From NCBI GenBank assembly GCA_965153455.1, contig OZ234493.1, forward strand, positions 9,724,213 to 9,788,212: a stretch of 64,000 nucleotides of DNA, in the 5' to 3' direction. Below, in pieces: positions 38,646 to 53,449 of this stretch (within the stretch, counting starts at the first letter, position 1; each line of letters begins with the position of its first letter). This stretch comes from Sphagnum compactum (Eukaryota). The translations under genes were made by a program, and so were the position numbers. The notes under the pieces are model-generated. The model had not been told where the DNA came from. It saw only the letters and a list, made by a program, of their open reading frames with translations, and ran no database searches.

Positions 38646-40039
38646 GGAGCCCAATCGCAATCTCCCTCAAAAATCAGAAGTTGACCCAAATCCAATCCCT
38701 TGCAAGCATCCCAAGTTGACCCAAACTCTTGAACATTGGTTCTTCAAGTAGGCAAGTTGAATTTTATTTATTTATTTTAAAGTTGGCAAGTAGGTTAAAT
38801 TTTATAAGTTATTACTTTTAATTAGTTGTAGAACTTCATACTTATGCAACTTTTAGTTCTAATATGTTTTAAAACTTTGTACCTAGACAATCTTCAATCT
38901 TGAAGACTATGTAATCAAACTAGATTTTTGAATCAGGCCTGAAAGTTCTTGAATTAGAAAAAATTCTTGAAGTTTGGGTTTATGTTCATAGGTTTGGGGT
39001 CACATGGGTTTAAAGTCACAAGTTTGTGTTCACACATCAACTACTTTATTTTTCATATTCATCTTGAGGTCGCATATTTTGTATTTATGTTTATTGTCAA
39101 AGGTCCTCAAGCCACCTTCTTTGTCACATTTCTAAATCACTTTTGTTTTCACTTCTATGCTCATGTGTGTCGTCCTAAAACCTTAAGATTACATTTGTGT
39201 TGTTTTAATATTATTCATAGCAAAGTATCTCCATTTCACCATGGCAAAGGAGGACCCTTCCTTTTCAACGAGATGAACATGGTCATATTGTTATCCCACA
39301 TAGCTCACAATTCCCCATGAAAAAGTGTTATATACCACTTCAAAAATTCATCCAAAGGACACATAATAGAGTCCCACATTGTTGTCAAGCCTAAAAAGGT
39401 TGATTGCAAGCCAACACAAACACATTAATGTTGGCTATAACCATCATTAGCTTGACAAACCTTTTCAAAAAAACAAGAACATTCACTTGTTGAATGCAAA
39501 CCCAAGTTTTTATGCATATAGTTGAAGCCCATTCTCAATTCCTCTAATTTTGCATGGTAAATACAACAATAAACATTACGTTCCTTCAAACCTTTTATCC
39601 AAAAAGGATGCAAAGAATTAAATGACTATTTACCAATAATTATATCAAGGTGGGATTTCTAGAAACACAAGAAAAATTCCATTTGAAGACATAATAACAA
39701 CAAAAGAATAAAAATTTGTTTGGGAAACAATTGAACATGGCATTCAGTTCTAAGTAATAAATCCATGCAATTGCAATGTACATAAATCAACACAATAAAA
39801 TGCCTAATAGTTAGTCACTAAATATATCTAAATACTTAATAAAAGGTACCAACATTCCTTACTCATGCATTTAGCAAATAGTAAAATTGGAATATCATTC
39901 AAGAGTCATTGGACATTTTTATAGTTCATGTCCATGGACTATGAAACAACAAATTTCACTCTAAATACAATAAATGTCCAATGATCTCCATCTTATATCC
40001 CTACATTTCAAAATTACATGTTATGAGCATGTAACAAAA

Positions 40040-40600
40040 ACTCATTACAATTTAATACAAGTCCTTAAAGTTCATGGATTTATTCACAAACCACCAAAAT
40101 AATTCCATTGAACCTTGCTATAAATCCTTGTAATTCAAGATCACTCATAATGAGAACATTACAACTCCACTATAACTTTAAACAAGCCCCCAAAGTCCAT
40201 GAATATTCACAATGATCACAAAAATAGTCCATTGAAATTTACAAGTTCTTGTAGTTCAAGAATATTCATAATGAACACAACAAAAATCCATTGAATCTTA
40301 ATACAAGTGCCCACAATCCATGAATACTCACAATCCCCACAAAAAAGTCATTGAAACACTACAAATGCCCAAAATCCATGAATAAAAAGTCCATTGAAGC
40401 ATCACAAGTCCCTACAATTCATCAGGATTATTCACAATGAGCACATCACAAGTCGATTGTAACCTAATTCAAATCCCCAAAGTTCATGAATATTCACAAT
40501 GATCACAAGAAAGTTCATTGAAGCTTCTACTACAAATCCTTGCAGTTACATATTACTCACAATGACCACATCACACATCCATTGCAATGTATTATGTGTC
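40040..40600. repeat. Degenerate tandem repeat array
   Basis: Recurring TCCATGAATATTCACAATGA...CCATTGAA motifs. Confidence 0.6.
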
Positions 40601-42574
40601 CTTAAATTAATACATGAATACATATGAGCACAATAAGAGTTCATTGGGGTGAAAACACACTAAATGTGAATCATTTTTGTTCAAAAAAGGTGATGTATAA
40701 CAAGTATCATAATATGCAACAAATTAAAATCTTGATGGCATTCTTTGGCAAATTTTCTAAACGTAAGCAAAAAAAATTAGATTTGTATGACAACATTATA
40801 TTATGGAACTCATTAGTGCATTATGAATCAAATTTAATTTTGATCCAATGGTTAGATGAAGAGGATTGGATAAAATCAATGTACATACAATATATAATTT
40901 ATACTTTTTCAACGGCCATAGGGCCTCATGTTGTGATTCATAACACATTATTAAACAAAAGAAGAATGAAAAAATTATTGTAATGTTTAGCTACAAAATC
41001 TCTTCATCTTTCATTGGTAATGGTTTTCTTTTCAAATAAGAAGATTATTATGCATTCATTGTTCAAAAAGTGAAAAAATTAAATTAAATGGATTTTCAAC
41101 TATAAACTTTTAACTTCAAAATGGTATTAAATTCCTTTATGTATATCGATATCATTTGTTAGAAAAGAATTTAACCAAAAATTCCACCAACAACCCTAGT
41201 TTTGAAATATATGTAAATTATCAAATTTTTTGACGAATATTATAAATGTGATGTTGATACATTACAAAAAAATAAATTGTAAAAAGATTATACATGTGAC
41301 TATAGTTTAGAGGGGGGCATAATGTGCTTTCACCCATTGCAGCTTTCCATATGTCTTTTCATTTCATGGTCTTACAGCTCATTGATCACAACACGTGTCC
41401 ATTGAATTCTAGTTGCATATGTCAATAAGGTTTAATGGAAAAGAATATTGGGAAATCTCAAACATTAGATGCAAGTGCATAGAAACCACTACTAATGTCA
41501 ATGCATTCAAAGTTCATACAAATGTTTCACAATAACATTATCAAGAACCTAAAAACTCACAAATGAAGTACTTTATACTCAACATCATTGGCCATTACAA
41601 AAAAGAAGATGAGGACCTTACATATGATTATACATAAAAAAAGACCAATTCGTCCTACTCATTGATCACAAACAAATGTCCATTATAATCTTACATGTGT
41701 CAATTTTTGGCTAGTTGGATTTGGACTATGACCACACCCAATTAAATAATTACAAAAGAATCATACATTTGAGTTCTTTTCCATAAAATTCAAAAAACAT
41801 TTAACTTGAAACACATTATAATTCACAAAGGTGTAAAAAATTTAAAGTGTTATGAAGATGTTGACTAGTCCACTCTAGTTTGCACATTGTGAGATCTTAG
41901 AATCCTCCATTTAAAAGGGACTAAAGATGGGAAGAGACAAAAAAAAAAGTAGATTTGCAAAAGGAAAGATTAGAAGCTATGAATTCAGATCAATGTTAAA
42001 AGGCAAGGTAACATGAGCAAGTGTAATAAGGATTGATGGGCCTACACTAACAATCACAACATAAGATTTTACCTCCAATAGAATTTGAAGTGCATAATGC
42101 ACACATATAGACCCAAAATGCAAGGCATTAAGTAGTAGCACATGTTTTTGCCAACAAGTGTCTAACATCGTTTTGCCATCAAGATATGTTATCAAAATAA
42201 ACCACAATAGTCTATCTGAAATATAAACATCCACTAATATTCTAGCATTGCAAATGAATGAAACTTGATCATTTGTTGTTTACACACCCACCTAACAACC
42301 ATGGACAAATTCCAAGGGTGGACATTCAACAAATGTTTTCTATTTGTTTGAAAAATCTCTTTTTGAACTCATTAAAGCCTCAATATGATGTGTTTTCTTG
42401 CCAAATTTGTTTGATTATTAAACCTCTTCCCCTCAGTCAAGGACTAAATTAAACTTGAGAGGATTCCTTATTCAATAATAACTTGTTTTGAAAACTTTAA
42501 ACATCTAGGAACACTATAAACAATAAATGGATTTGAAAGCATTCTTTTCATGACTACTTTTTTAGCAAGGGGTC

Positions 42575-43371
42575 TAGGGTGAACACACTACGGGGGGGAC
42601 CACTTTGGGCACTTTCATGACATGTATATAAAGTATATTTCTGCAAAACATATTGCATTTAATTTTGGGTTTCACTTTTAGTGTTTGGGTTTAATATTTT
42701 GATTTTTAGAAAGTTAATGATATTTAATATTATTTGAAATTATTTTTAAAAAAATTAAGCTTTAATTCAAGGAATAATGAGTATATTTATGGTATATACA
42801 CTATAATAAAGTTTGTTTCTACTTTTGGACTAGATTAAGTTTGGGTTGATTTAGTCAGCCAAAAAATGTTTGAAATGAAAATTTAAAAAATGACCCACCT
42901 CACATATCTTGTCATCTTCCATTTGAAAATGATAGTTTGTCAAAATGTTAATTTATCACATACTTATGGTCATTGACCCCAAAAACACCCATTTGTGATA
43001 TGATAATTATCAAACTTTTCAAACGGCTCACAAACTTATTCCAATCATATGGAATCATAATGTTTAATAGATACTACAAATTTCATAAAAACTAAAAATC
43101 ATTTCAATCATTTTTTTAATACATTTTCATTTTTTAATACACAATGACATACATTTTTTTGCCACAAATATACTTCAAATTTGTATAATATAAGTTGGAA
43201 AAATACTTTTCTTTGTGATTGAATTCTTTGTGTTATAATCTACCATATTATGCAAAAATTTTGGAAAAATATGTTTTAATATTACCATGGTTGAAGTTCA
43301 AACATGGACACCCCAGAAAACAATATAATGTGACAACATCTTTGGCCCCCCCGTAGTGTGTTTTCACCTTC
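42575..43371. mobile_element. MITE-like element with ~25-bp terminal inverted repeats
   Basis: GGTGAACACACTACGGGGGGGACCA vs TGGCCCCCCCGTAGTGTGTTTTCACC around an AT-rich non-coding core. TSD unresolved. Confidence 0.65.
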
Positions 43372-43498
43372 CAAGGAACATTAGTAGGCACAAATCCTAC
43401 CTTAGAAATATTCACTGCCTACTTAAAACAATACAAAATTCCATTCAATGCTCCATTTCAACACTTAAAATTTATGGTTTCATTACGCAAACAATTTT

Positions 43499-44428
43499 TG
43501 TTACAACCCTAACATTGGGTTTGCGACAAAGTGTGAAGTGCAAAGGCCCATGAAGCCAAAAATGTGTTTAGGTGTGAAACACACTTTCACAAATGGGGGA
43601 GAATGCAAGGGATGAAGCCTGATGACTCCCAAGTGCACTCCCACTTTGGGAGTTACACTCGTGTGGGAGTTGCGAATGTTCAGAGCCTTGGTTGAAAAGG
43701 CAAAAAACACCAAATTGGGCCCTTAAGATACCATTAGAAAGGTCTTGAAGCGTAAATGTTTAAAGTGCCCTCGCATTGTTCATTTAGACATGATTTACAT
43801 GAGTTATGATCAAAAGAAGGGGCGGGAATCAAATTGAATATTTCACTCCTGATCACAAATCCCTTGAAAGTAGGGGTCAAATGAGGTCCGATTAGAGCTT
43901 GTTATACACCGTTGGAAAGATGTTTTGAAGGGCTATAAAATATTGTCCTTGCACTCTCAAAATAAATTTTATTTGACAAATATATAAGCATCCAAAATTT
44001 TGAGACAACAAGAGTCCCAATTTTGGGACTCCCACTTGGGAGTCCCGGGGAAAATGACATTTGGATGTAGTCCCCGTGGAGAGGCATAGAGTATACTATA
44101 GGGAGTGGAGTGGTGCCTCCTCCCAAAGGTTGCGGGTCGTGTAAAGCTTGTGAGCCATGTAAAGTTTGTGCTTAAGGTTGTTCCTACTAAATCCGATGCA
44201 CCATTTCCATTCGACTTGCACTAACTACCCTATTTTCTTGGTTGTGCAGGTTGATATCATCTTGAACTCTCACTTGTGAGTTCGTCTTAGTCCCATCTCG
44301 GAACTCCAGCACGCCCTCCTACCGCCGAAGTGTTGCGAGTTAAAGAGCATGCCCCAACTTTCTTATTCTTCCGTTATTCCACTTTGGGACCCACCTTTGG
44401 GTCTCTTGAGGAATTTGGGGGCGTATCA
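43499..44428. mobile_element. Solo LTR (930 bp), related to 11115-12002
   Basis: Begins TGTTACAACC and ends GCGTATCA. 5-bp flanks ATTTT/ATTAT (4/5). Internal homology to the first copy. Confidence 0.78.
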
Positions 44429-44990
44429 ATTATGATGGATTGTTTTTACAAAAAAAATTCCTTACAACTAATGTTCCTTTTACTCATTTCTATTTCCTTA
44501 TTTAAACAATATCTATGGTTTAAATATATTTAGATTTATTAGAAACTCAAAACATAACAAATACAAAATAACAATCCATGTTTCTTCATCAAATCTACAC
44601 TTTTTTCTTTACTCATAATTGAACATATCAACAATATGTAGTTTTAGAATATAGAAATCAAAACTGAAAACATGAAAAATATATGGTTTTTCAATACCAA
44701 CATAATTTTGAACTCAAAATGTGTGTCTTTGTTTAACTCTGGCAACTCTTTCTACTTAACTTTATGTGTAAAACAACAAGTCTTAAACTCCAAATAATTT
44801 CCAAAACCTCATCCATGATCACTTCCCGCCAAAAGTAATTCAAAATTAAAATGTTCAACAGTTTTAATCCTATCTAGCTCCTTCACTACCTTGGTTAATC
44901 CCTACCATTCTCCTAATTTATTTTGTCTTGGTTAATCCCTACCAATCTCTTGATTTATTTTGTCTTGGTTAATCATTACCATACACTAGG

Positions 44991-47100
44991 TAACATTATT
45001 GTCCCTCCATTTTGGATTCCATCCTCAAAATCCTTGCTTTAGTTTTTTTTTAAATCATATTCTTTAAATCACTACGTCAGTCATGTCTGACTTGCTCTAT
45101 TTCTCCTAAGTGGTTAATATTACTACCTACACTTCAATTTATGATTTTGTATGGCCCTTAACTTTTGCACTCATTTGAAAAACTAAATTATCAAGTAGTG
45201 GTGTTGTTATACCTTCTTGAGCTTGCTATTCTGTATGTTCCATGCCTTCCTTCCCAACTTCAACTAGCTCCCTCTATATGCCAATATCATTAGGTATGAT
45301 CGTTATCTCCAACTATGAAGTTGTTTATGCTTGCTCCTCAGATACCTTAGTTAGAATCTCATGTCTTCTTCCCTTTAACTTCTGTGGTTTTTCTTGATGT
45401 GTGTCATTAACTGCTCCATTGTAGTTAGTTTCCTCCACCTCCTATATTGGATTGGATGGTTTTATATTATTTGGATTGCGAGAAATGAAATTTGGAAAGG
45501 CTTTCTTAAAGTTAGATAAATGTCTTCTATAGGTGGCCACATCCCTTTTATGTGTAGCCAAATTTTTTAACATCTCTTCTTGGAACTAAGCTTCTACCAT
45601 CTCCCATGGGCCACCACTCATTAAACTCAACATTAGCATCATCCATCTATTGTTTGGTACGCAGTATTGAATAATACTGTAACAAGTCATCATATTCCTT
45701 CGGGATCTGTTTTTAACATATGGTGGGTCCAAATCCTTGTTCGTCTCCATCAAATCACCTAGTTTTGACTTGGTTTTGTACATCCCTTACTTTAATTCAT
45801 TTACCTCCATAACTACTTGCTCCTTGGTTTTCTTTGCATTCTACCTACTAAACTTTTCTATTGCAACCATGTTGTTCATTTTGTAGAATCTATACCATCA
45901 TCTTGTCAATTGTTTGTTTTCTAGTTTCTTGTTCTTGCAACCATAGTTGCTTCTCTCTTTCCAACCCTTCAACCTTATGCTTATATTTTATCAATGCTTT
46001 CTTATATGCATGGTTTGCTTCAGTCCATGTTTCTTCCTTTTGCCTCAACTCCATGCATTCCTTCTTTAACTCTGCAAATTCCATCAACTTTTGTTTCATG
46101 TCTTTATTCTCAATGGTTAGCTGCAACATCTTCACATTGACTTTCTCCTCCATCTCCTTTTTTTGTTTGTTCCAAATTTTCATATGTTGTCTATACTCTT
46201 CATATCCTTGAGGCTCCTTTTTAATTTGTTTCAATAATCCTTGCTTCTCCTCTTCCATTGTAGTTAATCTGGTTTTGAATGACTAGACTTCCAAATCCAA
46301 ATTACCCATCTTCAGACTCATAATTGCCATTGCTTAAAACATTTCAACAATTTTTTTATTGCCCAATACTTCTTTTGCCAATTCCTTTACAAATTTGGTG
46401 TCAAATTATGTGGTGTTTTTTCCTTAGATACATCTTTTGATGACATTCCCCTATCCCTCATTTGTAACCCTAAATCCATATCCAACCCTTGCCCTTCTAC
46501 TATTCCTAGTCTACTTTGTGGTAGCACTATGGTAGGTGGTCTAAAATCATGCATTGTTGGTCCTAATACCTCCATTTGTTGTTCTTGAAATGAATGTGAC
46601 TACTGTTATTCCATTTGTGGTTGTGGGAGTTGTTTATCCATTGGAGTCTCCTCATGGACTGCCATCTAAGCATGAAAATCGTACAAATCATCCACTGCAT
46701 TATATATTTCATTTTTTTGTTTTGCTCTTATAGTGTTGTTGTTACTTGATATGTTCTAATTTATTTTTTGTTAAATCTACTATGACTGTTGCCTCCTTTC
46801 TTGCTTTTGTTCGAAGCCTTGATGTCTCTCTGGTTTGGTAGGAACACGTCTGATAATTATTCCTAAAATTACAACCTCTAATGGTTTGGTAATTCCACAC
46901 ATTACTTTTTGAGGCCTAGCATCCTCTCTTGATTTTTTTCGTTGTTCTGATCCTTCTTTTGCTTCAAATGTGTTCTTCCTTTCTTGTAGAGATTTTGGAG
47001 ATCCCTTTGTTACTCCCCTTCAATTGTCCAAAACCTGTTACAACTCCTCATTAGACCTCTTGGATTTCTTCTGAACGTTTTTCGTTGTAACTTCATAATC
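44991..47100 (-). mobile_element. Degenerate gag-like LTR-element internal region with polypurine tract
   Basis: Minus-strand coiled-coil ORF 45890-46258 and adjacent broken ORFs. Minus strand at 45026-44991 reads GAGGATGGAATCCAAAATGGAGGGACAATAA-TGTTA, resembling a Ty3/gypsy PPT followed by an LTR start. Confidence 0.45.
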
Positions 47101-50100
47101 CTCCTAAAATTATACACCTGCACAATCTTTCCAAAACCAACACCAATGACAGATTTCCTTTTTTTTCTCCTATTTTTTTGTGTCTACATTTTTTCATACA
47201 TCTTGGTCCACCTATCTAGCTCATTGCATAGATTATTGAATATGATATGTGCCAATCTACCTCAATCCCAAAATGAAATACCTTGCATGGGGCCAATTTT
47301 ATCACATTTTTATGAGTTCTAAAACTTTGAGCCTACTTTTAAAATTGTGTCCACTTCCATGTATACCTACATTCCCCAAGGTTGGAGATTGTATAAATAA
47401 CAAGTTTTACAACAAATTAAAACTTGGGATTGTAAATGTGTGGAATTTTACAACTAATTAAAATTAATTACTTACTAATAAAATTCAAACTACTTGCCAA
47501 CTTTTCAAAAAAGTTCAATTTGCCTACCCAATGAACCTAAACACATTTTTTTAGAGTTTGGATTTTAATTTTGGATCTAACAAAAAATTAATTCTATGTT
47601 TTGATTCTTGTGTTGGTTCCAACAAATAGGTGTCACTCGAGTTCACATCACAAGAACCTTTTGCCTGGAACCTTTGGGTTCAACCCTGCAAATTAAGGAC
47701 CCACCAACATTTGAAATAACCCATTTTATTGATATTCAAAAATGAAATACAACAATGGGAAGAAGTGCCAAACACATGGCATTCTTCCATACCTCAAACA
47801 TTTCATTACAACATCATTTTTTTTGTGAAATAAATTCAATCTTAAAATATTTGCTAAATCTTTTACTAAAATTACCTTTTCCAATCACTCTTTCAGTACC
47901 CATGTTGACCTTCACAAGTTGTAGTCCAATCTTTCTTGAATATTTGCATTTTTGAATAGTAACCCTCATATTTTAATCTACAATATTTCATTTAAAGTAA
48001 AAAACAAAATGAAGCTTTTGAAAATGTTTTAAGGTTGTTTGTTGAAAGTGAACCCACCAAAGTTATTTCCATAAACCTTTGTATTAACCAATTTTTTAAG
48101 GGATATTTTCAAAGATAATGTGTAGCTGTGAGATATTGATGATAGTTCATTTTCAATGGCCCCCATTTTATGGCAATCATTTTGTAGGCTTCCCAAGTAT
48201 GATTGAGATTTGAGGATTCAAAGATGCAATGTTGGGCAAATTTTATAACATTGGACATTATGAGGACCAAAATGGTCTTCAAAATCCATTTTACTAAGCA
48301 AAGTCTTGACTAGGGATGATTGTTCACCATAAGCCAAATGAACATCATCACCTTCCAAAGCCAAAAGTTGTGCCATAGCCAACTAAAGCATGTGCATGTT
48401 ATGGTCAAAGGTAAAACCTTCCCTTCCCATTGTAATTTGGCAAATCTCCATGAATTTTTTTGGTGTTGATCCACATTTAAACAATATTTTTTCTTGGCCA
48501 AGTAATAAAAAAAAGGATTGGGCCAATCCCTTTTTTGAACCCTAGGGTAATATTGTTTACCCTAGGGTTAAACCTATGCATTTCTTTCCACATCCATTAT
48601 TTGGAATCCCATTGAGTTGTTTAACGAATCCTTAATTCAAAGATTACATAATACATTTTTTACTTGCAAGTCCTATCCTAAGGGAGATATTGTAACTTTT
48701 CTGGGGGTTATTGAAGCATCTCAATATGGTTTTAATTAGATTATGTAATTAATAGGGCCAATAAAAATTAGTTCATCGAACTAAGTGTTGCATTCAAATT
48801 CCTATGTGAAGATTGAAGGCCTCAAACAAGCTTGTTATCCTAGTATTCAAGTGAACTTATTGAGTCCCATTGTCTTTAAAAAAATTGTGTTGGTCTTTAA
48901 GTCCCATGGGATGATGTCCATGAAGATCATATCATATGATGTGATTGACCTTCTTGATTGCATTTTCAAGCCCATTTTTTTTATTGACCACCATATTTGT
49001 TGTTTCATGTTTCAAAGGTTTACAATTTATAAGCATTTTCACTTATCAAAAGGCCTTATGTTAAATGTGGAAATTGCACTTGGCAATAATTGTCATTTGC
49101 ATCTTTAATTGACAAATTATCAAAAAGGGGTTGTATGATTAAAAAAATTAACATTTCAAACCTTAATGAAAGTGACATTCTTTAAATCTTATTCCAACCT
49201 AACATAATGTAAATTTCTTAATTTTTTGTGGTGAGCAATGAATAGACTATGTTAAGTGGCATTGTTGCACTTACGTTACTTTTTTTGGGTACATGATGTT
49301 CACCTTGTAATATTTTTTTCCAAGGCTCCCATGCCATACAAGAGTCCTTCAACTAAGAAATTTGTTAACAAGGAGTGATCTTGGGAAATTATGGATTGCC
49401 CATTTCTCCCATTCCCCTAAGCTAGATTAAAACAATTCCTTTTACTTTAGCTTTTTGCTTTCCACTTTTCCCTCATGCCTTCCTCAAAACATACAAAATT
49501 CAAGAATCAATTTTTGATTTGGTCACACATTATTGGAGTGTAAGTTTTAGCATGTTACCTTACATCACATTGAAGCCAAAATGACTTGAGTTGTAACTAA
49601 GGTTCTACTTATAAGGATAATTTGCTTGCACAATCCAAGTGACAAACTTGGATTTAAACATGACAGTGAATCTATCAAGGTTAATCTTAAAGGGGTAATA
49701 GTTGGATGTAAAAATGATGTAGTAATTAATGAGGATATGCATTAGTTAGTTGTTGGTTACTCATTTTGACTTTTGTTACAAAAGGAAAATTTGGATACTT
49801 CTTGGATTCGTGAGAGTTTGGAGATGGTAAATTTGTTTACAATTGTTGTTTTAAAGATTGTATGTTTTTTAAAGCTAATTGGAAGAGATTTTGGCTATAG
49901 AATTTGAAACAATGATGTTATAAATTTTGTAAATTTTCTGTGAAACTATATTACAACAAGCAATACTTGGAAGAACAATACATGTCAATATTGGTTGTAA
50001 TGTTTGTAATTGTTTGTCATAAAATGTGCAAGTGTTTTGTAGGTTTAGAACATGTGTAAATGTTCATAAAAACTTAATTGATAATCCATAAATACTAATT

Positions 50101-53100
50101 ACTAGTTAAATTCTTAAGTAAGTGGAAGCCCCCAATTTTATGCCTAAAGTACCAAACTCCATGACCTTCCAAGAACCAACATAAAGCCACTTTACTTCCC
50201 CATTTGTAGTCTTTTGACCTTTGAATGCCCATGTATTTATCAGTTTTTGTCAATTAGTTTTAAATTTTAATGTCATCTAAAGAGCAAAACCTTGTAAGAA
50301 TATTTTTGGCATTTTCCAATTTCCCATTAGATAATCTTGAACCATATAAATAATTGTATATCATTTTGTATTGGACAATGGATCCAGTTGGTAGATGTAG
50401 ACCTTGAACATTATAGTTTGGATTATCTAGCATGGGAAAAAAAAAAAAAAAAAACATGGAAGGAAAGATCAACCTTGTATCATTGATCTAATTTATGTGA
50501 AGGTTGCCCCTATCCTTCAATGTTAACTTTTACCACTAAATAGCTTTGTTTCATTGGTAAATTCTTCCCAATTTTTTTTTAAATCCCTTTTGTTTTGTTG
50601 AAGGAAATCTTATGAAAAAATTAAATTGCTTAAGCTTGAACTTGTAATTTGATGGACGAGCCCAAAACTATTTGCATGAGCTCTTTTAGTCACCTCATTA
50701 TTCCCCTTATCACTCCTCCATGTGCCTTAATTACTTCCCTTGTTGATTTATTATTTATGGATAGCTACGCCTAGTTACCATTAATTAACTTAAGGATTAT
50801 TTTCATTTTTAGTAAGTTTTGACATGTGTCACCGTTTTATTTTTAGTTGAATAAAGAAAGAATTTTTATTTCTTTTTAGATATTTCATTATTGGGAGCCA
50901 TCCTAGTTATTTTTTAGTCTAAAAACAATTGCTACCAAGGTGCCTCTTTTGTATAGGTGAAACCCAATTTCACCCATGTCTTCTCAAAAACCTAAAGCTT
51001 TTTAAAGGGATGAAAATAAGAAACCCAAGTACATTTTGTCAATTTGTTTTTCAAAGGCTAAAAGGAGGAGGATTAAGTCTTGATCATTCTCCACTACCAA
51101 GTGCATTGCTTCTTGACCTAAAATATAATATCATCAACAATATTTATTCTTATTGTCATGAAAATAATTTGATTTGGTTTGATGATGATTAACAAAAATT
51201 CTTGGAATCTTTTAATGAAGAATTTGGTTAAAGTTTTTTCATACAAAACCTAAATTCATTTTTCTAAACATGGAGGAAAACATTGTGAATATATGAATAT
51301 ATGAAGTTGCACTCACATAACTAAATTGTGAGATATTGTGACTTTAGCCTTGGGCTTGCAACCAACTTTGGGAGGGAATTTGCAAAAGTCTTGTTATTTT
51401 GAGACAAAGTTTGAACTTTGGACAAGAAAACCTTTTCCAAATTAAGCAACCATTGGTTCATTGAAATATTTTTCAAAAATACAACAATGTAATGGGTTCA
51501 TTTTCTCAAATTAGAATTGGTTTGATGTATCATCATTTCAATTTGAAAAATTTGTACAAGAATTTTAAAAAAATTTATTGAAACATTGATTTGTAAAGCA
51601 AAATATAGTTTAATTGAAAAACTTCTAATGGGGTTTTGGAATGTTTTCAATGAAAACCTACATGATAATGTATTTTCATGTTTGATTTGGTTAAATTTCT
51701 TGGGAGTTATAAGTCAGTAAAGTCACCAAACACCAAAGAGAATCAAATTTGGAATAAAACTAGATGGGAATTTCAATAATGTTTTCATTGAAATGTAATT
51801 CCCATTGACACACACACAACATTCTATAAGGAAAATGGTGATACATTTTATAAATAGTGATGCATTTCATAAGGACTTGGGCATGGAGAGTTTGTAATAA
51901 ATCCATGACCCATTTTTGTTTAAAATTGCACCATCCACCTTCTCACTAGTAGAATTCATGGTTTAATATTTGACCAAAAATTACCCAAAATGGACATTGT
52001 GACTACCCATGGGTAATTTTGGACATTTTGAGTAAAAAACTACCCATGTCAAAAATGTTATTTCATCATTATCGACAAGTCAATTTCAACATTGTTAGGG
52101 TGGTATTTTGATTGGCAAAATAATCACTACTAGGAAATGCGTTCTAGTTCACTATGGGTTTCACTAGATTTTTGAGTGAATTTGGACAATTTTACCTAAT
52201 GAAATTGTTTAACCCCCTAGTGAACAGGGACCAGTTGCTACGGACAATGACTTGTTTCACTAATACTTAGTGAAACAAGGTTATTCTCAAATGAAATACA
52301 AATTTACCAAACCATTCACTTCCTAGTTAATTAACTAACCAGTATGGAAATTAATTAAAATTTAATTATTTAATATATAATACTATTGATAATTTCATGA
52401 TTTTAAAGCCTATTATTTATTGACACGTGTCACTACTTACGCTGGGTTAAAAACCTAGCCTAGGTAGGTAGGTAGGCCACGTAATCAACCTAGGCACCTA
52501 ACCTAGGAATTCGATAGGAGAATATTCGGTCAACATACCATGTTGACCACACACAACACCACCCATGAGGTTTGATCCCTTGACCTTTGGAATGGGGGCA
52601 AACACCTTTACCATCAAACCACCCCACTTGTTGTGATAATATGTTACATTACATTCTATTTATCAAATAATTCATTTTGAACATTACAAAAATATAAACT
52701 TTAAAAATTAACATCTTATTGAGATTTTGTTCAAATGAAATGATTCGAGTTTACTTTTTTTAAATATTCAATAATGTACATAATTACATTTATTTCCTTT
52801 TGAAAGTTTAAAATCATTTGAACAAAAAAAAAGTTGAATATCATTATTCAATAACATTTCAATGACCATTCTTTTGAAAAAAAAATTTAGTAAATGGATT
52901 TCTTTTTGTTAATATAATAATACTACCTATGTTAAACTACTTTCAATTATTATATGACTATTTTTCATTAATTTAAATTATTTCACCGTACATTATTTAC
53001 GGCTATTTATGGCTATTTTAAATTACTTTTGGTTATTTTTGGCTATTTCACCCTAGGCTACTTTTGGTTATTTTAAGTTATTTTTGGCTATTTTAAACTT

Positions 53101-53449
53101 ATTTCACCTTAGGCTATTTTCAGCTATTGTAAGTTTTTTTGTTATTTTATGTTATTTTTGGTTATCGTAAATTATTTCAATTTAAATTACTTGCAGTTAT
53201 TATAAATTACTTTTAGTTATTTTAACTTATTTCACCTTAGACTATTTTCAGCTATTGTAAGTTTTTTTGTCTATTCTATGTTATTTTTGGCTATTGTAAA
53301 TTATTTCAATTTAGACTACTTGTAGCTATTATAAGTTACTTTTAGCTATTGAAAATTATTTCACTTTAAGTTATTTTCATTTATTATAAAGTATTTCACC
53401 TTAGATTATTTTTAGCAATCCTAAGCAATTATAATATATGGCTATTAGT

